Source: Octopus sinensis
Taxonomy: Eukaryota
NCBI RefSeq assembly: GCF_006345805.1
Contig: NW_021826256.1
Span: 1-35,638, forward strand
Reading direction: 5' to 3'
Length of the DNA: 35,638 bases
Positions within the stretch are counted from its first letter, which is position 1. Every line of letters starts with the position of its first letter. Made by a program: the position numbers and the translations under genes. Below are positions 22,652 to 34,580 of the stretch, in pieces. The notes beneath the pieces are model-generated. The model ran no database searches. It had not been told where the DNA came from and was given only the letters and a program-made list of their open reading frames with translations.

Positions 22652-22658
<7 letters not shown>
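22175..22658 (+). mobile_element. HHR-unit family E: about 450-bp monomer with a 5' inverted segment
   Basis: Perfect 20-bp inverted repeat (22189-22208 and 22307-22326). Contains an intact HHR. Flanked by (CA)n and (TA)n. Confidence 0.7.
22440..22516 (+). ncRNA. Canonical type I hammerhead ribozyme
   Basis: TGTAGCCA-CTGATGA-GAACT...AGTTC-GAA-ACCTAGGT-A^TGGCTGTA. All core nucleotides are present, with a GUA site and an extra 8-bp hairpin TAGCAAAT/ATTTGCTA in stem II. Confidence 0.88.
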
Positions 22659-22696
<38 letters not shown>

Positions 22697-22796
22697 TTAA
22701 TCCAAGCATGAAAACACAAAGGGAAAACGCAACAACGCGAGGACGTGGAACAAGTGTTATTGGACGCTCAGGAAAGGAAAGAAAGAAGGACGATTT

Positions 22797-22823
22797 AACA
22801 TTTCGAGCTGAGCTCTTCGTCAC
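22797..22823 (-). ncRNA. Degenerate minimal hammerhead motif (family G)
   Basis: GTGACGA-A-GAGC(TCA)GCTC-GAAA-TGT-T: C3 changed to G and stem III CpG decayed. Confidence 0.45.
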
Positions 22824-22983
22824 AAACATAGAAAAAGGAAAGATCCAAGGAAGGGAAGACGGAGGGTAAAAATCGCCAAGATACACACGCGGTCACATAT
22901 TGAATGACCCTTTTTTGTTCTCTTATGTATGTATGTATGTATGTATGTATGTATGTATGTATGTATGTATGTATGTATGTATA

Positions 22984-23148
22984 TAACAAGAGGTTCTTTC
23001 ACTTTCCGTCTGCCAAATCCACTCACAAGGCTTTGATCGGCCCGAGACTATAGTAAAAGACACTTGCCCAAGGTGTCGCGCAGTGGAACTGAATCCGGAA
23101 CCATGTGGCTGAGCAGCAAGCATCTTACCACACAGTTACACCTGTGCC
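22984..23148 (-). mobile_element. SINE family A, 5' half
   Basis: Head plus CORE-like segment, ending at (TACA)n. Confidence 0.85.
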
Positions 23149-23369
23149 TGTATTTACAAATTTGTTGGAAAATAGCTGTTACTCTTAATATTTCGAACCA
23201 TTTTAGTACTTTCTGTGCATAAATTGTGTCCGTATGGTAAATTTTGCATATTTTGTGAAAATGTGCCAGTCAGCAGCTCTGGTTGCTATATTACTATCTC
23301 ACCAATAATAACATGGAATAGCCCAAAGTTGTAATTATAAGACTGCTATATAGACAGTTTCTTTGTTCA

Positions 23370-23415
23370 CTGATGAGATTGAATTAGCAATCGAAACAAA
23401 ACACCAAGTCTACAG
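23370..23415 (+). ncRNA. Hammerhead-like motif with intact core and stem II
   Basis: CTGATGA-GATTG(AATTAG)CAATC-GAA-AC...GT-C. Stem I is not convincingly paired. Confidence 0.45.
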
Positions 23416-23787
23416 TAAATTGATATCATTTTAATATTAATATTCGTACGCACTATGGCATGGCATATTTTGATTGTGTATGTGTGTGTGCGCATGTGTA
23501 TGTGTGTGTATGTGTAGATGTGTGTGTGTGTGTGTATGTATTAGGTTAGATTTCATTAAGCTCTTATTTAGAATAGTCAGCACTGTGACTAATAAAGATA
23601 TATTGAAAGATGTATTGGGGAAAATATATGTAGGCGCGCGCGCGTGTATGTATGCGTGTGCGTGCGTGTGTGTGTGTGTGTGTGAATATGTGTGTGTGTG
23701 TGTGAATGTGTGTGTGACACACAGAGACGTATATGGGGGAAGGTATATGTGTGTGTGTACGTGTATACACGCACACTTCCAGAAATT

Positions 23788-23836
<49 letters not shown>

Positions 23837-23999
23837 TAAAGAAATAGACAGACAACCAGGTAGACAGACAGACAGACAGAGACCGAGGTATATTAAAATA
23901 TATTAATTGCTTTACATCATCTTCATATTTGCTTTTCTAATCTTCGGAAGGAGCCTCTATGCAGTCTCTTGTACTGCTAGAAATAGCAGCAAAATCTGG

Positions 24000-24233
24000 A
24001 GTTAAACAATAACAGCAACAGCACTACCACCACTATCACCACCACCATCACCACCACTCCCATCATTATCTCTACTATTACAATGACCATTGCCATCATC
24101 ATTATCATCATTACCGTTACCAATACCACGTCAACTAGCACTGAAACTACAACCACAACCACTACCACTTACCACTACTACCATTATAAACACGACCATT
24201 ACTATAGCTATCCCAACCACTACCATCACTACT

Positions 24234-24289
<56 letters not shown>

Positions 24290-25290
24290 TCATCGCCACC
24301 ATCATAATTACCGTAACCACTAATACAACAGCCAGCATCATCATTACCTCTTTAACCACCACCACTGCTACCACAACCACCACCACCACTACCACCACCA
24401 CGACTACTAACACCACTACTACTATTACTATCAACCTGCATCACGTCCAAACCTCATTCACTCTCCCTCTCCCCTCTGTCTCTCACTCACTCACTCTATC
24501 ACTCTCCACTCACCGCCACCACCGCCACTATCATTGTATTTCTCTGCAGTACCTCTCCTTCTTCTTCTTCTTCTTCTTCTTCTTCTTCTTCTTCTTCTTC
24601 TCCTCCTCCTCCCCTTCTCCTTCTCTTGTTCCTCCTCCTCCTCATGTGGTCACCTTTCTCCCACCCACCCCCAACCTCCACCACATCACCTCCCCCCTCA
24701 CACACACACACGTTTTCCTTCCGCTCCTCCTTATATAGGCCATATGAAAGGTTTCACTTCTATGCATCCATAGCAAGCTGAAGCCTCACACTTGTCAGCG
24801 GTTCCACATTTCACCGTCCCAAGCATTTTACTACCAGGGAGACATCGTCTTTATGTGGCGGCGCTGGCGTGGCTGGTGGCAGTGATTGTAGTGAAAGACT
24901 TGGTGGTTTGTGGTGGTGGTGGGGTAGTGGTGGTGGTTGTGGGGTGGTGGGGGTTAGTGATTGTGTTGGCCGTGGTAGTGATGTTGATGTAGCAATGATG
25001 GTGATCATTGTAGTGTGGTGGTGGTGGTGGTGGCGGCGGTGGTGGTGGTGGTTACAGTGTTGCAGTGGTAGTGTGCTGATGGTGATGGTTATTGTGGTAG
25101 CGTCATGGTGGTGGTGGAGGTGGAGGTGGTGGTGGTGGTGGTGGTGGTGGTGGTGGTGGTGGTGGTGGTGGTGGTGGTGGTGGTGGTGGTGATGGTGATA
25201 GTGGTGGTGGTGGTGGTGGTGGTGGTGGTGGTGGTGGTGGTGGTGATGGTGGTGGTGATGTTATTGTTGGTGGCGGTGGTGGTGGTTATC
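24000..25290. repeat. (CAC/TAC)-rich tract, (CTT)n, then (GGT)-rich tract
   Basis: Direct inspection. It explains the poly-V/W/T ORFs. Confidence 0.9.
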
Positions 25291-26379
25291 TCATCATCTA
25301 CTTTCTACTTCATATATAAAGTTGCTTTTTCTCTTTTTATTTATTGTTATTATTTAAATTTTTTTCTTTTTGCAACCCCCTAGGGTGTGATTTCGCTGCT
25401 GCTTTTAACATGTCGAGTAGCCACATGCATTGATAACGCTTTTGATTATTTTTCACTAATTTATACATACATATAAGCACATACGTACACATATATGCAT
25501 GCATACATACACACATACGAGTACATTTACATGCATATACACACAAACACACAAATACATGCATATATACATGCATATGGAGATAACAGACACATACGTA
25601 GGTACATACATATACACACGTATACTCACACATACATACAGAGAGGTTACACAGGTTATTTATAAACAAAGACAACCAAACGTAATGTTACATGACATTT
25701 GCCAAATTTAAACTTTTTCATTTCTCTTTCAGATATATCAACAACCGTCATCACGGTAAATTCCACTTTGACGCTGAGCTTGTGACTGTAGCTGTGTCAA
25801 CAACAGTGATTTGGAGATCGCCAGCTCTGAAGTGTGGTTGGGTTCTTTGTGTTAGGAGTCAAAAAAGAGGCGAGTCCTCTCAATGGGGACGTGTTATCCT
25901 TGGTCAAAGAGATTTTCAGCGATTACACGTCGTAAGGACGGCCGGGTTTTTCCATCAACGACAACCCCAGCGAGTTGATGTTGGCCATCACCAAGCAGCT
26001 CAAGATGTGTGGCGCACGATGTTACTATCCTACGTAATGAGGAGAAGGCAGTTTATGCCGGGCAAGACTACGGCGAATTGATACAAAACCTATGAACTGT
26101 TGTGTCTAGGAAATCGTCAGTAAGAGGACTCAGCCACCGGTGGCCCCTGCAGTTTCAAAGGACTCACTAAATCTGTGGGATGTTGTAGACGGCACGAACA
26201 GATGTCACATGAGACTGGCATGTAGTCGTCCACCACGGCTACATCATTAGGCCTGATGTTTTATGCCTTGTTTCTTTGATGTTATCTTGTTCAAAGCGCT
26301 ACTGTTTTCCTGGGATTTTTGTATACTTTTCCCTTGTATTTTGTTTTATTATCAACTGCCTAGTGCTCGCTGTATTATA

Positions 26380-26415
<36 letters not shown>

Positions 26416-28235
26416 TGTATGTATGTATGTATGTATGTTATGTATGTATGTATATACACTCATACATACATGTTTTCCTCTTTATAGCATATCCTTTGTA
26501 CTTTCCATTGACGATTATACATGCCTGACCAGGGCAGTGGCATTTCGTCTCTCCGAGATATTGAAGGAGAATTTATGGCTATTGAATATGGATCTGAAGA
26601 GACATTCTGCCACTCCGCATACTTCCGCACATTTGGTAACTCATTTGCACCTTTTGATGTTACTTCTGTCCCATTTACGACTATTTTCGTGTAACAGTGA
26701 CCGTTAAAGACACAATTAGTGCTACTTCTACTTGAGCACCTAAAAACTGAATGTGTTTTTTCACCTCCAACAACAGAAAACAACTGCCATATTTTTTCCA
26801 TACATCCCAGCTATGACGAATACGCGGTATTACTTAACCGAACTGCTGCGTGACATCCAGTATCATACCCTGTGCGAAACCGATTTACAAGATTGACTAA
26901 TGGATATATATAATACCGTACACTTCGATTAGTGTGTGTGTGTGTGTGTGTGTGTGTGCAACAAACTTCCACCTACTCGTCACCACTAGAACATAAGGGT
27001 TGCCAGATTAAATTTTCCGAATATCAGAACGTTACTTTTTAAATTACCATAGCATCGTATAAAACTCATTAAAACTCTATGTATACATCAGGATAATCTT
27101 TAATATTCTGAATACAGAAGAAATAAGGGAATTAGGAAGAAATAAATATTTATAGTGAAGTACAAGTTTTATCAACCTAATAAAATGCAGGTACTGTAAA
27201 TACAATAAAACAATATACTGTACTGTACGGGAGTGTATAAGAAGTTTTGAGCCTGGAAAAAATACATCGTGCAAGACTTCTGATGAAGGTACAAGACTTC
27301 AAAGCGCAAAAGCCTTGAAGGCTCAAAACTTTTCATACACCCTGGTACTTTGAGAAGCAACGATCCATTTTAGATACTGTAGAAATTTGCTTTTAATGAA
27401 ACTCAATTAGTTAACTCAAATTAGCACACATTCTCTTTAATCTAATTAACAACATATTTATTTTATTTTTTCTGGGTCCCATTTGCTTGAGGGTTCCAGT
27501 TATTTGAGTACCGAATAAATGGAAGTTTAGTGTTAGGTCAAATCATGTGTCATCTTCTTTGGTGTGTTGGTTTCAAATAATTCCTAATCATACTATAGGA
27601 ATTTGGAAAGAGAAAGCAGTGACTGTGATGAAATATGTGGAAGAGAGAGAAATGAAGTTTTGCAAGGAATGGTGGATTAACTAGATGAATAAACAGGTGG
27701 AAGAGTGAAAGAATGATGGAGAGTGGAAGAAAGGTTATGGTGATAAGTGGTGGTGGCGGCGGCGGCGAGGCGATGGCGGGGGGGTGATGTTGATGATGAT
27801 GATGATCACGACGACGGCGACGACGAGGAGGAGGAGGAGGAGGAGGAGGAGAGAAAGCACGAGATAGGCAGCAATCATCCAGCATTCAGAAGAAACACTG
27901 AAATACCAATGAAGGGCGGAATAAAGATAAAGAGAGGAAGATAGAATGAGTGTAATAAAGTAGAAAAGGAAAGGTAGAAAGAAGAAAGACGGAGCTATGC
28001 AATACAGGGACGAGGACGAATAAATCAGAACTTTATTTAATTAAATAAAGAGAGGGAGAGAATGATAGAATGACAAGAGACGGTAATGGGTGCATGGGAG
28101 AAGTTTGTGTATGATGAAGATGTGGAGAAAGGAGATAATTAGAAATGAAGAGAAAAAAGTGAACGTAGAATTTGACCGAATGAAAAAGAAGGAATTATAT
28201 ATATACATATATACATGCATACACGGATCACTTCA

Positions 28236-28273
<38 letters not shown>

Positions 28274-28358
28274 ATGTGTGTGTGTATGTATGTATGTATG
28301 TATATATATGTATGTATGTATATATATATATATATATATATATGAATGTATATGTAAT

Positions 28359-28395
<37 letters not shown>

Positions 28396-28458
28396 GTATA
28401 TATATATATATTATATATAATACACGTTTATATATATATATATGTATATGTGTGTATG

Positions 28459-28494
<36 letters not shown>

Positions 28495-28501
28495 TGTATG
28501 C

Positions 28502-28564
<63 letters not shown>

Positions 28565-29081
28565 CATATTTGGCATTAGAATTTTTCTTTTGCCCTTATT
28601 TTGTAAATTATTTATAAATTTAACCTTTAAAGGTATTTTTGATATGCTAGCCATTGATAAAAATTTTTTCTGGAAAAAATTTTTATCCTACATTAGTTGT
28701 AAATTTAATAGTGTTCACTTTGGGGTACTTAGGTCTGCTCAGGACTTAGTGCTTGCTTTTTCCATGGGTATGAGTAAGTATTTCATTTATGTCTCACGTA
28801 TTTATCGCTGAAGAGGGGAAAATACTTATAAATTAACCCCGAAATTGGGACCGATACGGTAATAACGGATTTTTTTAGAAATTTCTATCGGTTTGTTTCG
28901 AGACGCATAAATTATAATGGTTATTGACAATTTTGTCTTTTTTTCGGCATATTTGGCATTAGAATTTTTCTTTTGCCCATATTTTGTAAATTATTTATAA
29001 ATTTAACCTTTAAAGGTATTTTTTGATATGCTGGCCATTGATAAAATTTTTTCTCGAGAAAAATTTTATCCTACATTAGTT
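28565..29081 (+). mobile_element. 383-bp-period direct repeat unit with an internal HHR motif (pseudo-LTR/retrozyme-like)
   Basis: A 134-bp segment at 28565-28698 is repeated at 28948-29081. Confidence 0.65.
28803..28856 (+). ncRNA. Type I hammerhead motif with a non-canonical GAC site
   Basis: TATCG-CTGAAGA-GGGG(18 nt)CCCC-GAAA-TTGGGA-C-CGATA. Confidence 0.55.
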
Positions 29082-29203
29082 CACCGAGATGGTGTCAGCT
29101 CTTCTGGTGACGTCGATGTTCGCCTGGGGCTAAATGCATCAGTAACACCCCCACCACCCCGCCCTGACCCTAGCCACATTCAAATGGCTGATCCCTCTTA
29201 TGT

Positions 29204-29273
<70 letters not shown>

Positions 29274-29331
29274 AATATATATTATATATATATATATATA
29301 TAATATATATTATATATATATATATATATAC

Positions 29332-29382
<51 letters not shown>

Positions 29383-29418
29383 CATACATATATGTATGTA
29401 TGTATATGTGTATATATG

Positions 29419-29779
29419 TTCTTTTACTTGTTTCAGTCATTTGACTGTCGCCATGCTGGAGCACCACCTTTAGTCGAGCACATCGACCCCAGGACATATT
29501 CCTTGTAAGCCTATCGGTCTGTTTTGCCGAACCGCTAAGTTATGGGGACACACCAGCGATGTTGGGGGGACAAACACTGACACACAAACATATATACACA
29601 CACATACATACATACATATATATATATATACATATATACGACGGGCTTCTTTCAGTTTCCGTCTACCAAATCCACTCACAAGGCTTTGGTCGGCCCGATG
29701 CTATAATAGAAGACACTTGCCCAACCCGGAACCATGTGGTTCGTAAGCAAGCTACTTACCACACAGCCACTCCTACGCC
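29419..29779 (-). mobile_element. SINE family A, full length with small deletions
   Basis: Colinear with the 7626 and 16211 copies. Confidence 0.9.
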
Positions 29780-29820
29780 TATATATATAATAAATATATG
29801 TATGTGTATGTGTATATACT

Positions 29821-29995
<175 letters not shown>

Positions 29996-30169
29996 TATGC
30001 CATGTTGACCGTTCCCGTGTTCAATTTAAAGACATCTGGATTCAGACAATTTTGTTTTACACAAGATGATTAATCAATCCTTTTCAAAACAAATAATCTG
30101 AAATGCAGAACAGTAATTAGAACGATAACATGTTTAGTAAGGCAAAGAGAAGGGTAGTAAGAACTCTCC

Positions 30170-30415
30170 CGCGTCCAAGAATTCATAGGGGCGGCTGCCT
30201 GGTTTTCATGTAGTATAAATGACCGAGATGACAACGATCCCCCTGAACGAGGTGCCAATCCGTTGTAGGGTTAATTAATCATTTACAATTGAGTGGACGG
30301 AACACTATGGAATGAAGTGTTTTGCTCAAGAACATAATGCACTGCCTGGTCCGGGAATCGAAACCACGATGTTACGATCATGAGTGCAACACCCTTAACC
30401 ACTAGGCCATTCACC
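30170..30415 (-). mobile_element. SINE family C copy
   Basis: Minus strand has GGCCTAGTGGTTAAGGG (A box), GTTTCGATTCCC (B box) and GTTCTTGAGCAAAACACTT. The 3' boundary is approximate. Confidence 0.75.
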
Positions 30416-31049
30416 TCCAAAGAATAGGAAAGAATGATAGAAAGGGAGGGTGAGAGTCCTGGCTTGATTTTGCTGACGAAACAAAGAAGACCACAGTGCA
30501 GACGTTGCTGTGGCTGTTTTTGTTGTTGTTATTAGTTTCATTATTGTTGTTGTTGTTGTTGTTGTTGTTGCTGCTGCTGCTGCTACTGCTGCCGCTTTTC
30601 TGGTTGTTACTAATGCCGACTCTCCTTAATGGTATTTGTGACAGAGGTGATGGTCATGGTTATTGATTTGTTGATTGAAAGAGGGAGAAGGTCTTCTTCA
30701 ATGAAAGATTTAAGCAGAAAGTGAGGATTCCCTTTGCTACTTGTATCTCGTCCAGTTGCCCCCCCCCCTACCGTGCCTTGTTAGTCGGCTACCAAAACCT
30801 ACGTACGTTTATATTCTTTTTCTTTTCTTCTTAAATTTTTCAGACAAAAATGAGAAAACTATTTTCCATGGGAGCACAAGCTAAAACTCTAGACGTCCTA
30901 ACTCTTGGTAATAATGGTTGATCTCGCAACGAAAGGATCAAACAAAATTTCGAGGAGCACAAAAACTTGAAAGAGCAAAGAAAATAACAATTTATATAGC
31001 ACATACATAGCGATAACAAACGAAGAAAAGTCAGCCAAAAGTGAATAAT

Positions 31050-31094
<45 letters not shown>

Positions 31095-31107
31095 AATAAT
31101 AATAATA

Positions 31108-31227
31108 ATGGCTGTGATGCATGTGCTTGGTGTACCCTAATCAGACGGGTAATCATGATGGGTATACTGGGCTTCGTACATTTCTACCCCAGTGTCATTT
31201 TGATGGGATGCACTGCTCTCTCACTCA
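31108..31227 (+). mobile_element. Repeat family D, 3' 120 bp
   Basis: Reverse complement of 6669-6790. Ends CTCTCTCACTC-AATAAT. Confidence 0.75.
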
Positions 31228-31284
31228 ATAATGATGATGATGATGATGATACTACTACTACTACTCTACTACTACTACTACTAC

Positions 31285-31344
<60 letters not shown>

Positions 31345-31357
31345 GGATGATGACGAT

Positions 31358-31782
31358 GATGCAGTGCAACCAAGAGGTAGAGAATAGGAAACAAGACATA
31401 GTATTAACGGAGAGAGAAAGCAAACGATGCTGGATCATAGATATTGCATGCCTAGCTGACAACAAGGTATGCGATAAGGAAGAAAGAAAAGTCGATAGAT
31501 ATAACAGATTAGCTTGGGACGTTAAGCAGTTGTGGTCGCTGAAAAAGGTGATAGTAGTACCAATAATTGTCGGAACCCTGGGAACAGTGAGTAAAAATCT
31601 TGAGAAGTGTATGGAACAAATAGGGCTGCAATAAGTATGGAGCACTTGAAGAAAACATCACTGCTTGGAACCACTCGAATTCTCCGGATGGTGCTCGAAA
31701 AATAAAAGGTGTTACCTTAGTTCACTGGTAGTGAACAGTTGACACCGTAGTACATCTCCATCATTAGAAGCTGTGCAAAGAC
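31358..31782 (+). mobile_element. R4/Dong-like REL fragment of a divergent subfamily, plus 3' UTR
   Basis: RKQDIVLTERESKRCWIIDIACLADNKVCDKEERKVDRYNRL...VVPIIVGTLG, a frameshift, then ...SLLGTTRILRMVLEK*. UTR hairpin GTTCACT/AGTGAAC and a (TAA)n tail. Confidence 0.85.
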
Positions 31783-31840
<58 letters not shown>

Positions 31841-31857
31841 TAATAATAATAATAATA

Positions 31858-31900
<43 letters not shown>

Positions 31901-31914
31901 TAATAATAATAATA

Positions 31915-32290
31915 ATGTGGCAAATCAAGACGGTTACAATACCAGTGATTGTAGGAGAACTTGCAATGATCAAAAAAGGAACTGAAGATTATTTGAGAAT
32001 GATTCTCGGCTTACCATCCATGCAAGAAGTGCAAAAGATTGGTTTAACTGGGACGTCACAAGTACTGAGAAGAGCGTTGTTGCTGTGAATTTGCTTCCCT
32101 TTTCTCTCCTTTTTTCTTAGTCTTCATTTTTCGTTTTTTCTTTTTTTTTTTTCTTTTATCGTTCTTTTTTTTTCCTTTTCTTTCTACCACATATCCTGAC
32201 TTTATAAATGAACAATCTGGTGTATTTGTTTTCATAGCCTACCAATGTATACAATGAGTCGCTTTACCTTACACTAACTCTGAAAAAAAT
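31915..32290 (+). mobile_element. R4/Dong-like extreme 3' fragment plus UTR, same subfamily as 13365-13708
   Basis: MWQIKTVTIPVIVGELAMIKKGTEDYLRMILGLPSMQEVQKIGLTGTSQVLRRALLL*. Shares the UTR motif GCCTACCAATGTATAC. Confidence 0.82.
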
Positions 32291-32557
32291 GTGAGGATCA
32301 TTTTCTACTAGTGTTATCGTTCCGCTCTTCGAGTGCAGTGATCATCTGACGACGTTTCAGACACCGATCGTTCAGCCTTGATCCGCTTTTGACTCATGGC
32401 TACAACTCAGTCACAGCGACGAGCTGCAGAAAGATGGGTCACATCAATGGCAAACAGACCTGTTCACCGTCATCGCTGTCCAATGTATCTCATTGTGTGT
32501 CACTTTCAGTGCATGTCTTGCTGTCATCAGCCACAGCATTCCGAAAACTCCTTAAGA

Positions 32558-32801
32558 CAGTGCTTCCCAAACTTTTTCGGGCTGCCGTCCCTTTGACACC
32601 CAGGCCACATTCTTAGCGCCCCCTACCACTCACCATCACAAACATAGACCATTTTCTGTAGCAAATTCAAAACAACTGTATTTCACAAAAAAAAATTAAC
32701 CTAATTAATCCATTATTGTGAGTTTTTTAACATCCATCGCCCCTTTTGGCCATCCCATTATCACCCCACTTTTCTTCAACGCCCCATAGATTTTTCCGTC
32801 G
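32558..32801 (+). mobile_element. hAT/Charlie-type MITE remnant
   Basis: Left TIR CAGTGCTTCCCAAACTT. An 8-bp CCTTAAGA occurs at 32550-32557 and 32802-32809. The right TIR is absent. Confidence 0.6.
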
Positions 32802-33199
32802 CCTTAAGAGAACAGATGGACATCCTGGTCACCGGAAAATCCCCTTTCATGGGAAGCTGGAAGAGGATCAGATGCTTCCTGTGTCAAAGTATGACTGATG
32901 CGATGAGGATGTTAGTCACTTACCCAGGACCTTTCACACAAAGTTTCAAACCGTTCCTGATTGAGACTCACCGTCCTTCTCGTCTCTTTTTGTCAGTCTT
33001 TTTTTTTCACATCGGAGTTCTGCTTCTAACTTGGCCCTTGGTCGGTGTGGCATTACCTCTCCCAATGTCAAGTTGCCAGCCCATTGACTCGTCCGGACAT
33101 ATTCACTTTCCCGTTGTCTCTTGGTATTCCTCTACAATAATGCCGGCGACCTCGATTTCCGATTTTTGATGTGTCCGACACCATGACAGTGACCCAAAA

Positions 33200-33600
33200 C
33201 CACCATTGATATACAACTACTATCAACATCTTCACCACCACTGCTACCATCACCATCACCACCACCACCACCACCGCCACCGTCATCACCACGACCACAA
33301 CCAATACTATCGCCAGCTTCGAAATTACCAACATCACCAATATCAACAACCCACACCACTACCAAACTCACCCCACCCCAACATCAAATATATATATATT
33401 ACTACCAACGGCACTCCATCATCAATACTCCACCCCATCATCTCTGTCGACAACATCGCTACTACCTCCACCTACACTGCTAGCAACAGCATCATCAACA
33501 ACACCAATACCAAATATATACAATTTCTACCGACGCACCACCATCAATCACAACAGCAACACACCACCACCACCACCACTGTCACTAACAACAACAATTA
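33200..33600. repeat. (CAC/CAA/CAT) low-complexity tract
   Basis: Direct inspection. Confidence 0.85.
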
Positions 33601-33884
33601 CAAAACTAATGGCGGAGAACGATAGGAAATCGTCAATTGAACAATGCCACAAGATGCAATCACAACTACAGTCTGTGGTTTCCTCTTCCGGAAGTAGCGC
33701 CATATTACAATAAAGGACGACAATACAGTACTTCCGGCCAGGGCTGTCTTCTTTGTCGATGACTTTTTCTCGTGAATTATTTTTATTAGAATTTGTTATT
33801 TTTATTCGTCATCAGTTCAAAAATACATCAAATTTCCTTACCATCCTTGATATTTTATCAGACCTTGTGGTTAATAAAGAAATT

Positions 33885-33933
33885 CTTCTTCTTCTTCTTC
33901 TTCTTCTTATTATTATTATTATTATTATTATGA

Positions 33934-33972
<39 letters not shown>

Positions 33973-33987
33973 TATTATTACTATTAC

Positions 33988-34018
<31 letters not shown>

Positions 34019-34056
34019 TATTATTATTATTATTATTATTACTATTATTATTATTA

Positions 34057-34088
<32 letters not shown>

Positions 34089-34119
34089 CATTATGATATT
34101 ACTATTATATTATTATTAA

Positions 34120-34156
<37 letters not shown>

Positions 34157-34311
34157 GTCATTGTTAGATTATTATGATTATTGACTATTACTATTATTAT
34201 TATTATTATTATTTATTATTATATATTATTATTATTGTTATTATTAATTATTATTATTATTATGATTATTATTATTATTATCATTATTATTACTATTATT
34301 ATTATTATTAC

Positions 34312-34348
<37 letters not shown>

Positions 34349-34580
34349 GTTATTATTATTATTGTCACTTTTTTTGTTATGCCTTCTGCGCCATAGCATC
34401 TTTTCCCAATCGTCCATACTACGTTCACCAACAGAACCACCACCATGGCCACCACCACGACCACTACTATCACCACTACTAATACCACCACCACCACCAC
34501 TACTAACACTACCACCACCATCCACCACCACCACCACCACCACCACCACACCACAATCTCCAACCACCACCTCCCCTAAG
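33885..34580. repeat. Long (TTA)n compound microsatellite followed by an (ACC)n tract
   Basis: Direct inspection. Confidence 0.95.

Noticed and set aside
26995-27015. AGGGTTGCCAGA, similar to a hAT terminus
   Set aside because: No partner TIR or TSD seen.
32335-32385. Minus-strand CTGAACGA...GAAACGTC
   Set aside because: Core spacing is wrong and stems I and II do not pair.
32816-33169. 117-aa ORF in non-repetitive sequence
   Set aside because: No recognisable motif or convincing splice signals.
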